Virus record (IMG/VR): IMGVR_UViG_3300026522_000616
Source: an uncultured virus (IMG/VR IMGVR_UViG_3300026522_000616)
Lineage: Duplodnaviria; Heunggongvirae; Uroviricota; Caudoviricetes
Strand: one strand, 5' to 3'
Length of the DNA: 64,000 nucleotides
Numbering within the stretch: position 1 is the first letter of the stretch; each line of letters starts with the position of its first letter. The position numbers and the translations under genes are program-made. Below the pieces are notes generated by a model. That model was not told the DNA's origin. It was given only the letters and a program-made list of their open reading frames with translations, and searched no databases. Shown here one piece after another: positions 40,722 through 50,290 of the stretch.

Positions 40722-42173
40722 ATGAGTTTTAATAATAAAGAACAAAAAATTTTAGATGAAATAAAAAATAATAAACCAAATAATATGAGTAACTATGATT
40801 ATGCAGTACAATTATCAAAAGAAAAACGTGACGCTACATTAAATCATAGGATTTATAAATATACATGGTCACAAATTTTTCATGCTTTAAATATGGGTCA
40901 ATATAATATGACAGAAAGCACATTGAGAAAGCATATGAGACGAGCAGTAGAAGAACAATCGAATGATAAAAATACAAACAACAATTCTACTACAAATATG
41001 GATATAAACGATATAGACACAAATAAATCTATGGATATTCTTCTTGGGAAATTGAGAAAAGAAAGTGAAAAAGCTGAGCAAAAAAAGATGCGTTCTTTAA
41101 TAGAACAAAAGAAAGTTAGTTTAGCAAAAAAACTATTGGACAAAGAATCTAGTGCAATATCTAAAATTGAATATGCTAAAGAAGATTTTATTGATACCGT
41201 TGCAGAACATTGCGATTTGTCTCAATATATAGATTATCAAAAAGATAAGTATCTTTATGATAAAGATGATATGTCAATGAATATATTATTATTAAGCGAC
41301 TTTCATTATGGCATGAAGTCTGACGTTACTAGAAATAAATATGATAAAGAAATTTTTAAACAAAGAATGGCAGAATTAACTGTTAAAACAATTGAAAAAT
41401 TAAAAATTGATAAGCCTAAATATTTAATTGTGGCTTTATTAGGCGATATGATTAACGGTGATATTCATACAACTAGTAGGACTTTTGGAAATTGTGATGT
41501 TGCAGGTGGGGCAAATCAATCACAAATAGTGGCTGAAGCCATTTTTTCATTGTTAACTAATTTAGCTCCATATTGTAAAAAAATAAGAGTACTTGCAGTA
41601 TGTGGTAATCATGATAGAACGATTGCAGATTTAAAAGAAGCAACAAAATCAGATTCTTACTATCTTACGTATTATAATGCTATTCGTACACAAGCTATAA
41701 ATTATAACAAAATGTGTGGAGAAGAAAAAATAGTATGCTTTAATGCTCATGGTGATGAAATTATGAGCAAAACTACGGAACAACTATTACTTGATGATAA
41801 GAATGAATGGGATAAATGTATTTGTGAATTACCAAACAAAATGATAATTGGATTGTGTCATGGTCATTATGATAAACAAAAGAAGGTTGCAACAAATTTT
41901 CAATCAATTTTAGGTTCTTTTGGCGGAAAAGTTGATATGGTACTTATGGGGCATACTCATAGCGTGTTTGAAGGTGAAGAAACAGGAACTAAAATTATTG
42001 TAAATGGAAGTTTATGTGGAACAGATGAATACGCAGATACAAAACGTTTATATAATCGACCAGCACAAATCATGTTGCATTTTGATGGAACAAACTGGGA
42101 AGATTATACAAAATATAATATTGCGTTGACTGAAGGATATGAAAAAGAATTTAAAGTAAATAAAATTATTTGA
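40722..42173 (+). CDS. calcineurin-like metallophosphoesterase with N-terminal extension
   Basis: SDFHYG, GDMING, GNHDR, HGH, GHTH. Confidence 0.85.
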   Translation: MSFNNKEQKILDEIKNNKPNNMSNYDYAVQLSKEKRDATLNHRIYKYTWSQIFHALNMGQYNMTESTLRKHMRRAVEEQSNDKNTNNNSTTNMDINDIDTNKSMDILLGKLRKESEKAEQKKMRSLIEQKKVSLAKKLLDKESSAISKIEYAKEDFIDTVAEHCDLSQYIDYQKDKYLYDKDDMSMNILLLSDFHYGMKSDVTRNKYDKEIFKQRMAELTVKTIEKLKIDKPKYLIVALLGDMINGDIHTTSRTFGNCDVAGGANQSQIVAEAIFSLLTNLAPYCKKIRVLAVCGNHDRTIADLKEATKSDSYYLTYYNAIRTQAINYNKMCGEEKIVCFNAHGDEIMSKTTEQLLLDDKNEWDKCICELPNKMIIGLCHGHYDKQKKVATNFQSILGSFGGKVDMVLMGHTHSVFEGEETGTKIIVNGSLCGTDEYADTKRLYNRPAQIMLHFDGTNWEDYTKYNIALTEGYEKEFKVNKII

Positions 42174-42265
42174 TATAAAATGTATAATGTAGTATATTGT
42201 ATATGTACAAATGTTGATAAATGTATATATATTAAATACAGGGGGAAGATATATTATTATAACAG

Positions 42266-42484
42266 GTGATGAAAATGAATAATAAAGTAATTTATATAAT
42301 TTTTCATAGTCCAAGCCTAAATATCTTGTCAAAAGGAACTGTACTTAAAGAAAATATGAATAAAATATATATTCAATATCAAGATAAAACATATGCTTAT
42401 ATTAAAGATAAAAACGATAGAGGTAAAATTTTAGGTTTTAAAGAAAATAACAATGTATTGTTATTTAGAAAAAATGGTGACTGA
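42266..42484 (+). CDS. small hypothetical protein
   Basis: ORF. Confidence 0.45.
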   Translation: MMKMNNKVIYIIFHSPSLNILSKGTVLKENMNKIYIQYQDKTYAYIKDKNDRGKILGFKENNNVLLFRKNGD

Positions 42485-42487
42485 TTT

Positions 42488-42670
42488 ATGACGGAAGAAT
42501 ATAAAGTTACAATTACTCAAACAAAAAAAACCAGTTTTATTTTTCGCGCAGATTCAGAAGAAGATTTAAATAAGAAAGTAGAAACTTGTATTCAAGAAAA
42601 GGCTATGGGTTTTGACAAAGAAAAACCTGAATATTCTGTAGAAGTACGAAAAATGGAAATAGAAACGTAA
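42488..42670 (+). CDS. small hypothetical protein
   Basis: ORF, YKVTITQT..ADSEED. Confidence 0.55.
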   Translation: MTEEYKVTITQTKKTSFIFRADSEEDLNKKVETCIQEKAMGFDKEKPEYSVEVRKMEIET

Positions 42671-42769
42671 TTATTGACAAATTAATACATTTGATATATA
42701 ATACGCATTAAAGAAAATGCGTATTTTTTGTTTGTTGCAAAATGTTTTATGTAGGAAGGGGTATACGTC

Positions 42770-43624
42770 ATGGTGACTAAAGATGATTTGATTGATGTTT
42801 TTGAAGATACAAAACAATGGTATGAAACAGATAAAAATTTAAAACAAGCAGTAGCTAATAGTATTCGTAATACAGTTGTTTTTAAAGAAGATAATTATCC
42901 TGATTATAAAGCCACTAATGAAAAAAATGCAGAAATTAGAATTACAAAACATAAAACACTTGAAGCAGCATATAGATTGGATGAAGAATTTCCAAAATCA
43001 AAAATTTGTATTTTAAATTTTGCTTCTGCTACTAATGCAGGTGGTGGAGTTACAAAAGGTAGTAGAGCACAAGAAGAATGTCTTTGTAGAACAACTACTC
43101 TTTATCCTGTTTTAAATACGAGAAACAATTATAAAGATTTTTATAATTTTCATAGAAATCGTCATAATGTAAAATATACAGATGCTTGTATTTATACACC
43201 TGATATTGTTGCTATAAAATCAGATAGTACTATTCCGCAAAGGTATGATAAGGAAGATTGGCTTAAATTAGATGTTATTAGTTGTCCTGCACCAAATCTT
43301 AGAGCTAATCCTAGTAATTATATGAATAAAACAACAGGGAAAGCTATTAAACTAACAGACAATGAATTATTAGAACTACATAAAAAACGTGGGAAACATA
43401 TTTTAACTGTAGTGGCTTCATATAATGTAGATATTTTAGTTTTGGGAGCTTTTGGTTGTGGAGCTTTTCAAAATAATCCATCCATTGTAGCAAAAGCATA
43501 CTATGATATTTTACCCGAATTTAAAAATTGTTTTAAAGTGATTGAATTCGCTATTTATTGTACAGAAAGAGACACCAAAAATTATTTTGCATTTTACAAT
43601 TTATTAAGTAAGTTGAAATTTTGA
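42770..43624 (+). CDS. bacterial-type PARG macrodomain (TIGR02452-like)
   Basis: LNFASATNAGGG..GSRAQEECLCR, LGAFGCGAFQN. Confidence 0.9.
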   Translation: MVTKDDLIDVFEDTKQWYETDKNLKQAVANSIRNTVVFKEDNYPDYKATNEKNAEIRITKHKTLEAAYRLDEEFPKSKICILNFASATNAGGGVTKGSRAQEECLCRTTTLYPVLNTRNNYKDFYNFHRNRHNVKYTDACIYTPDIVAIKSDSTIPQRYDKEDWLKLDVISCPAPNLRANPSNYMNKTTGKAIKLTDNELLELHKKRGKHILTVVASYNVDILVLGAFGCGAFQNNPSIVAKAYYDILPEFKNCFKVIEFAIYCTERDTKNYFAFYNLLSKLKF

Positions 43625-43834
43625 TATATAAAAACGAGAAAGATTTATTTATCTTTCTCATTTTCTTTTTGTTCTTGTTTATGTAGAATAACTTCAAACG
43701 CTTTATCGTTTTGTTCTTCATTGTCGTTATTTTTATATTGTTTATCTTTTAATTCTCTTTTTATTGGCTGAATTGGTATTATTGGATGAATACATAAATA
43801 GGAATTTATTTGCAATAAAATCACTTCCGTATAC

Positions 43835-44233
43835 TCACTCGGAGTATTTGTCTTTGCCAACAACAGCCACCATGTTTCGGTTCTTCAGGTCATCAAAAAA
43901 CTTCGCGTTCGGATTTCTCACACAATATGCCAACTCATTCCCAAAAAACACACAATAAAGCCATGCTTCTTCGGGAACATCTGAATACACCCATCGCAAT
44001 TCAAAAACAGAAGTATATTCATCGGTTAGCATCTGCCCCGCGAAATAAGAGGGATTTGTACTTAGCCCACAAGAGGTATCTGGCCACACTTGAAGGAAGA
44101 GGTCAACGGACGTATGAGTCGCCCATATTTTTCGCTTCTGCTCTCTTAGAATCTTTTCCGCCTCGTTCCAAGCAAGATGCTCCAAATGTCTTAAATCAGG
44201 AATTTTTGCCATGACGATTAACTCCTTTTTCAA
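43835..44233 (-). CDS. hypothetical protein
   Basis: ORF with higher GC than its surroundings. Confidence 0.65.
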   Translation of the reverse strand: MKKELIVMAKIPDLRHLEHLAWNEAEKILREQKRKIWATHTSVDLFLQVWPDTSCGLSTNPSYFAGQMLTDEYTSVFELRWVYSDVPEEAWLYCVFFGNELAYCVRNPNAKFFDDLKNRNMVAVVGKDKYSE

Positions 44234-44425
44234 TCAAACAAAATTCTGTTTTCATCCCCAAATAATAAATCCTGCAAGTTCCAAGAGCTTCAAGAACAAG
44301 AAAACTCCCACACTGACCGGAATAAGGAAACAAACTACGGAGACGATAATAAAGCAAAGCGAACCACCGATAATACAGATAATTTCTTTCATTGTTTTTT
44401 CTCCTTTCATTCTTATATAATATTT

Positions 44426-44872
44426 TTAACGCGCTTCATAGTAAATCACAAAATTGGATTTGATATATCTCTTTGCCATATCTAAGAATTCTCGAAATCG
44501 TTCTTCCAGCCAAGAATTAACATCTTCGTCAACGCGATTGAATCGGATTTTCTTGTCTTGAAAATCCTTTTCCAACTGCAAGATATTATCTTCATTGAGC
44601 AAGAGATATTCCTCTTCCAAAGTAGTGCTTCCATGAGAAGGAGAAGCTGCAACTTTCTTTTCCCAAAGATTATGCATCCAATTATAGATTTCATAGTCTT
44701 TTGAGAAGTTCGCGAATTCACTCCAACCATACTTGTCACCGTGATTATCTCTGAAATCGAAATCGTCAATAACATCTTCCTTTTCAACAGCATAGAAATT
44801 CTGTGTCATTCCCATATTGTTATTCACCTCTTTTTTATTAATTGATTGTAAATATCGATTTGTTCTTCCCAT
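44426..44872 (-). CDS. hypothetical phage protein, paralogue of 54427-54807 (start probably MGMTQ)
   Basis: MGMTQ..NWM.NL...EDNI.QLE.D..YYEA shared pattern. Confidence 0.65.
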   Translation of the reverse strand: MGRTNRYLQSINKKEVNNNMGMTQNFYAVEKEDVIDDFDFRDNHGDKYGWSEFANFSKDYEIYNWMHNLWEKKVAASPSHGSTTLEEEYLLLNEDNILQLEKDFQDKKIRFNRVDEDVNSWLEERFREFLDMAKRYIKSNFVIYYEAR

Positions 44873-45010
44873 TAATTATCAGTCATAACATATCACCTCT
44901 TATAAAATGTTATCATAATGATTTAATTTTGTCAACAAAATTTTTAAAACTATTGACAAATTATTAAAATTATGATATACTTTATATAAACAAAAAAAGG
45001 GGGGATATAA

Positions 45011-45697
45011 ATGGTATTTCTTACAGGTGATACTCATGGTCATATAGATAGTCAAAAATTGTTTGACTTCGCAAAAATACATAAAAATTTGACTAAAAAT
45101 GACTATATGATAATATTAGGTGATTTTGGATTTATATTTTATCCAAATCCTGATAATGCAAAAGAAAAATATCAATTAAAAGAATTAAACGAATTGCCAT
45201 ATACCATTTTGTTTATTGATGGGAATCATTGTAATTTTGATAGATTAAATTCTTATCCTGTGGAAACGTGGAATGGTGGTAAAATTCATCGTATATCTGA
45301 TTCCATTTTTCATTTAATGCGTGGACAAGTATTTAATATACAAAATAAAACATTTTTTACAATGGGTGGAGCACAATCATACGATAAAGTATATCGTACA
45401 GAAGGTTTTGATTGGTGGAAAGAAGAAGTTCCATCTTATCAAGAAGTAAATGAAATGGTTGATAATGCTAATAAAGTAAAAAATGTAGATTGTGTATTAA
45501 CACACACTTGTACAACAAACATGATTCCATATTTAATTGAATATTCAGATATGAATGACCCTACAAATTCTATTTTGGATGAATTAGATAAAATTCTTAC
45601 TTATAAACATTGGTATTTTGGGCATTGGCACAAAGACATTATCAATATTGATAAGAAGCATACTTGTTTGTACAATAAAATTATTCAATTAATATAA
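45011..45697 (+). CDS. metallophosphoesterase
   Basis: GDTHG, GDFG, DGNH, THT, FGHWH. Confidence 0.88.
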   Translation: MVFLTGDTHGHIDSQKLFDFAKIHKNLTKNDYMIILGDFGFIFYPNPDNAKEKYQLKELNELPYTILFIDGNHCNFDRLNSYPVETWNGGKIHRISDSIFHLMRGQVFNIQNKTFFTMGGAQSYDKVYRTEGFDWWKEEVPSYQEVNEMVDNANKVKNVDCVLTHTCTTNMIPYLIEYSDMNDPTNSILDELDKILTYKHWYFGHWHKDIINIDKKHTCLYNKIIQLI

Positions 45698-45704
45698 TAA
45701 GAAG

Positions 45705-45998
45705 GTGAAGATAATGAAAATTAATGGAATTGAATTAAAAGATTTAGTAGAAGAACAGAAAAGTAAATATAAAAAACATTTGGATATTTATAACAATAAT
45801 ATCAGAAAAATTGCAGAAAAAGCTAATAGAGAACGTAGCAAGGCTAAACTTAGTTATAATGAAATTGGCTGGTATGCAGGTGTTTCTCCTGATGCCGTAA
45901 GTGAGTTCTTACGTGGCAAGAGTTTGCCTAATCCTGTAAGTATTTCTGTTATTTGCGCTTCTATTGAAAAACTGAAGGAGTTAAAAGCAAATGATTAA
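45705..45998 (+). CDS. XRE-type HTH protein
   Basis: LSYNEIGWYAGVSPDAVSEFLRG. Confidence 0.7.
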   Translation: MKIMKINGIELKDLVEEQKSKYKKHLDIYNNNIRKIAEKANRERSKAKLSYNEIGWYAGVSPDAVSEFLRGKSLPNPVSISVICASIEKLKELKAND

Positions 45999-46656
45999 AA
46001 AAGACTTGATTGATAAAATGGTTAATGAAAATGCAGTAGTTGAAATCATCAATTTTTATCAATTTTGGGATTTTTTTAAAGAATTAAAGAATTTTTCTTT
46101 TTCAAAAAACAATATTACAAAAAAAGATTTTTCAATTTTGTATTCTAAAGATAACGTTGTGTATTTATCTTTAGACACAGTTGATGGAAAAGTAATTGTG
46201 AATTTGAAAGATAAAAATTCACTTTATGAAAATACAGAAATTTTGCCATTTGAAAAGTTCTATGATACAAAAATTTTAAAGAAATATAATTTGCATATTG
46301 ACGAAGAATTTTATATTGTAGGAAATAACGATAAAACCTATATTGCGACATTAAATGGTAACATTTATCTTGCAAATTTAGTTAATAACTGTGAAGATAT
46401 TTGGAGCGTAATTCCTCCATACGCTACTGTATTTGATATTTTAAATGATAACCTTTGTGTTAGGACAAATTACAAGCCAAAATTCAATCAAGAATATTAT
46501 TATATTGAATATGCTTTAAATGAATCGTTAAAATTGGATAAGGACAAAAGTAAGATTTGTAAAAAGAAATTTGATAGTTATTCTGACCTTTTACGTTGGA
46601 AAGCAGGAAATTTCTTTTATAATTCCGCTGATGTCAATACATATTTGGCAAAATAA
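45991..46656 (+). CDS. hypothetical protein
   Basis: ORF. Confidence 0.65.
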   Translation: MIKKDLIDKMVNENAVVEIINFYQFWDFFKELKNFSFSKNNITKKDFSILYSKDNVVYLSLDTVDGKVIVNLKDKNSLYENTEILPFEKFYDTKILKKYNLHIDEEFYIVGNNDKTYIATLNGNIYLANLVNNCEDIWSVIPPYATVFDILNDNLCVRTNYKPKFNQEYYYIEYALNESLKLDKDKSKICKKKFDSYSDLLRWKAGNFFYNSADVNTYLAK

Positions 46657-46703
46657 AAAGAGAGGAGTTTTAATCCCCTCTTTTTTGTTATTTAAATATA
46701 TAA

Positions 46704-47114
46704 TTAATACTTGTTGAGTTTACGATGAATATCTTTTACTACATTATCATAGTCAAATGAATTGCAGAGTGCGTTTTCATAAAGGTATTGCGCGTTTTTC
46801 ATAATAAGATTAAAACGTTTTGCAATTGCCTTATTCATTTTTGCAAATGCTTTTTTACGTGCAATGGTTTTACCTGTATCAATGTTAAATTCAATTGTTT
46901 CATCACTTGCATATTTTGCAATCCCTGTATAAGAAGAAGAAAGCTCAAGTTTAGTTGTATCAACCTTAATCATATTATTTGGATAATTATGAAGAATTTT
47001 GTTTAGATGATTAATCATACAATTCTTAATTTCTTCTCCTTCAAGAGTACATTTGATAGTTTTAGTTTCTTCGTTGATGTCATAAGTAATCATGGTTTTG
47101 TATCTCCTTTTCAA
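46704..47114 (-). CDS. hypothetical phage protein
   Basis: GIAKY..F.IDTGK.IA..KA motif. Confidence 0.6.
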   Translation of the reverse strand: MKRRYKTMITYDINEETKTIKCTLEGEEIKNCMINHLNKILHNYPNNMIKVDTTKLELSSSYTGIAKYASDETIEFNIDTGKTIARKKAFAKMNKAIAKRFNLIMKNAQYLYENALCNSFDYDNVVKDIHRKLNKY

Positions 47115-47249
47115 ATTTTTACATATATAATTATATCATAAATATAAAATTTGTCAAGGTATTACTTGCTATACTGATTATGATTTGATATAATATAAGT
47201 TGATAAGAATTGAAGTATAATTTTATTTATAGTAAATGGAGAGTTACAA

Positions 47250-48569
47250 ATGAGAAAGATTATTTGTCGATTTGATAATCAAGAAGCAATTGATAAATTT
47301 TATTATGATAACGATTGTTTCATAGATAAAACGGTTAAAGAGTATAATTTAGATACAGATGAATTAAAGAGAAAAAGAGAAGTACATACTACAGTTAAAC
47401 CAAATGAAGATTGGAAAAAATATTGGATTGATATGCCTGAATTTGTTCAACCAAAAAGCGAAGCGTATGCAAAAATAGATTTTTCTACTAATAAAACAAG
47501 TGAAGAATTATCAAAAATATTTCAACAAAATATTACAGACAGAACAAAATCAGTTTGGTTTCCTAAATTACAACAACATACAAAAACATATTTTCGTGTA
47601 GTTGGTAATGGTCATCCTGTATATCCAATTTATATTGTCAGTAAAGGCAGAGCGGATTTATCAAAGTGTTTAACTGCTAAATGGCTAAATCAAATGGAAG
47701 TTGACCATTATATTGTAGTAGAACCGAATGAAGTGCAAAAATATCAAAATGTATTTAAAGACAAACCATATTCTCATATTCTTACATTAGATATGAAATA
47801 TAAAGATGATTATGATACATTAGATGATAGAGGTAATACAATCGGAAAAGGACCTGGCGGGACTCGAAATTTTTGTTGGGAACATTCAATGAAAAATGGA
47901 TATAAGTATCATTGGGTTATGGATGACAATATTGATTGTTTTCACTATTTAAATCATAATTGCAAATATAAAGTACGTACAGGATTGATTTTTCAAATAG
48001 CAGAAGATTTTTTCACTCGTTTCGATAATGTAGCTATGGCTAGTTTGAATTATTCTAAATTTGCAAAAGAAATTGATAGACTCCCTGCTTACATTACAAA
48101 TACTCGTATGTATTCTTGTATTTTTATTCGTAACGATATTCCTTTCCGTTGGAGAGGTAGATACAATGAAGATACAATTATTTCATTAGATGCTCTATCA
48201 AACGGATGGTGTACTATTCAACTAAATGCGTTTTTGGCAGATAAATTAACCACACAGAGAATTAAGGGTGGTAATAATGATATGTTCTATGAAAAGGAAG
48301 GAACATACAATAAATCTAAGATGTTGGTAGATGTGTATCCACAATATGCTAATATGGTTCATAAGTTTAGCAGAATACATCATCATGTAGATTATTCTTC
48401 TTTCACACAGAAGCTCCATTATAAAGAAGATTATCAAATTCCTATTAATATTATTAACGATTATGGTATGAGAATTGTAAAAATACCTGAAGAATGGTCT
48501 TTAGATGTAAATACAGATTGTAATTCGTATATATTAAAGCACATTGATGAATGTGAAATTCTTCATTAA
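47250..48569 (+). CDS. TET-associated-type (GT-A) DNA glycosyltransferase with fused N-terminal domain
   Basis: YPIYIVSKGR, GPGGTRNFCW, HWVMDDNI (DxD), WRGRYNEDT, KGGN. Confidence 0.78.
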   Translation: MRKIICRFDNQEAIDKFYYDNDCFIDKTVKEYNLDTDELKRKREVHTTVKPNEDWKKYWIDMPEFVQPKSEAYAKIDFSTNKTSEELSKIFQQNITDRTKSVWFPKLQQHTKTYFRVVGNGHPVYPIYIVSKGRADLSKCLTAKWLNQMEVDHYIVVEPNEVQKYQNVFKDKPYSHILTLDMKYKDDYDTLDDRGNTIGKGPGGTRNFCWEHSMKNGYKYHWVMDDNIDCFHYLNHNCKYKVRTGLIFQIAEDFFTRFDNVAMASLNYSKFAKEIDRLPAYITNTRMYSCIFIRNDIPFRWRGRYNEDTIISLDALSNGWCTIQLNAFLADKLTTQRIKGGNNDMFYEKEGTYNKSKMLVDVYPQYANMVHKFSRIHHHVDYSSFTQKLHYKEDYQIPINIINDYGMRIVKIPEEWSLDVNTDCNSYILKHIDECEILH

Positions 48570-48714
48570 AATATAGAGACTAGATAGTTCTAGTCTCTTT
48601 TTTATAAATTTTTTCAAAAAGGTGTTGACAAATTGAAGAGTTTTTGTTAATATATAAGTACAAAGAAAAAAGGTAATAAATAAACGATATAAAATTTTTT
48701 GGAGGTAAAAGAAA

Positions 48715-48897
48715 ATGATTACGACGAATGAGGAAATCAATCAGGCTATTAAAGATGTGCGCTCGGCAGAGAATGAGTTCAATTTTGCAACTAAGGATTT
48801 TGAGGAAGTTGCGATTTTTAAACTTACTTATGCTATGAAACGACTTGATACTTTGCTCCGTCTTGCAAAAGCAGAAACGCGTATCAAAGAAATTTAA
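48715..48897 (+). CDS. YaaL/DUF2508-like small protein
   Basis: AENEFNFAT..AIFKL..AMKRLDTLLRLAK; own promoter TTGACA at 48625. Confidence 0.6.
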   Translation: MITTNEEINQAIKDVRSAENEFNFATKDFEEVAIFKLTYAMKRLDTLLRLAKAETRIKEI

Positions 48898-48984
48898 AAA
48901 AAGTGTTGACACAAGATTGATATTGTGATACTATAATGGTGTAAGGTAATTCAAGAGAGATAAACAAGAAAGAGGTATATTGAA

Positions 48985-50151
48985 ATGGCTAAAGCAAAAG
49001 AAATTCATACTAACAATTATATGCAGATTAATCCGAAGGATTTTATCAACATTTTCGTCAATCTGTATTCCAACAAGGATATGTTTGCTCATATTCCTGC
49101 AATTATGCTTTGGGGTATGCCTGGTGTTGGTAAGTCGCAGTCTGTTAAGGAAGCAGCAGACCTTCTTGCTAAGAAGCTCAATAAAAAGGCAAATGTTGTT
49201 GTTGCATCGCTCCTTCTGATGAACCCGATTGACCTACGTGGTATTCCTGCAAAGACGGAAGATGACAATGGTGATATGGTCGCTCGTTGGCTTACTCCTG
49301 AAATCTTCAAAATGGATGCTTCAGAGGATATTGTCAACGTTCTGTTTCTTGATGAAATTTCTGCTGCTCCACCTTCTGTACAGGCTGCAGCTTATCAGAT
49401 TTGTCTTGATAAGCGTGTTGGTGAACACAAACTTCCTAAGAATTGCATTGTGATTGCAGCAGGAAACCGCACGACTGACAAAGCAGTCGCCTATAAAATG
49501 CCTAAACCTCTTGGCAACCGTCTTACGCATTTTGAAATGATTGCTGACCCTGAAAATTGGGAGTATTGGGCTTATCATAATGGCATTGATATGCGTATTA
49601 TTGCTTTTATCAAAAACAATCCTGATTATCTTTGCAATTTTGACCCATCTTCTGATGATGTGGCATTTCCTACCCCTCGTTCGTGGGAAATGGTTAATAC
49701 GTACCTGAAATGCGGTGAAATGCAGGATATGTTCGGATGTATCGCAGGTACAATTGGCTATGGTACAGCGCAGGAGTTTTCTACGTATGTCAATGTGTAT
49801 GACAAACTTCCTGCATGGGAAGATATTGCTAATGGTAAACTGAAAGCATTCCCTCGTAAACTGTCTAATGGTAATCCTGACGCTATGTATGCACTTTCTA
49901 CCATGATTGCATCGCATTGTGTCACGCTTTGCAAAAAGGCAGATGTATCCAAAGAGCAGGAAATGAAGAAGCTGAATGAAACGCTTTCTAATGTTTGTAA
50001 GTTCATTTCGCTCATTCCGCAGAGCGAGTACATTACGGTTACGTGCAAAGACCTTTGCCATTCTGTTTCGCAGGACGCAATTGATATTCTCGTTTCCAAT
50101 CCTGACTTCTCGAATCTTATTTCGGAGATTGCAGATGATATTATGCCATAA
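48985..50151 (+). CDS. MoxR-type AAA+ ATPase
   Basis: GMPGVGKS, DLRGIP, LFLDE, AAGNR, PTPRSWE. Confidence 0.9.
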   Translation: MAKAKEIHTNNYMQINPKDFINIFVNLYSNKDMFAHIPAIMLWGMPGVGKSQSVKEAADLLAKKLNKKANVVVASLLLMNPIDLRGIPAKTEDDNGDMVARWLTPEIFKMDASEDIVNVLFLDEISAAPPSVQAAAYQICLDKRVGEHKLPKNCIVIAAGNRTTDKAVAYKMPKPLGNRLTHFEMIADPENWEYWAYHNGIDMRIIAFIKNNPDYLCNFDPSSDDVAFPTPRSWEMVNTYLKCGEMQDMFGCIAGTIGYGTAQEFSTYVNVYDKLPAWEDIANGKLKAFPRKLSNGNPDAMYALSTMIASHCVTLCKKADVSKEQEMKKLNETLSNVCKFISLIPQSEYITVTCKDLCHSVSQDAIDILVSNPDFSNLISEIADDIMP

Positions 50152-50230
50152 TATTGTCTGGTTGATAGGTACACAGAATATTCTGTGTACCTATTTTTAT
50201 TAAAAAAATAAATTTTATTCAAAAAAAATG

Positions 50231-50259
50231 TTGACAAATTAACCTGTACCGTGTATAAT
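50231..50259 (+). promoter_or_regulatory. consensus sigmaA promoter
   Basis: TTGACA-N17-TATAAT. Confidence 0.8.
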
Positions 50260-50290
50260 ATAAGTAAAGAGATAAGGGGAGGTACAAGAA

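Noticed and set aside
49321..50237. Long antisense ORFs over MoxR (likewise over SSB, helicase, DUF932 and DUF2828)
   Set aside because: Shadow frames caused by the codon bias of the real genes; no motifs or RBS
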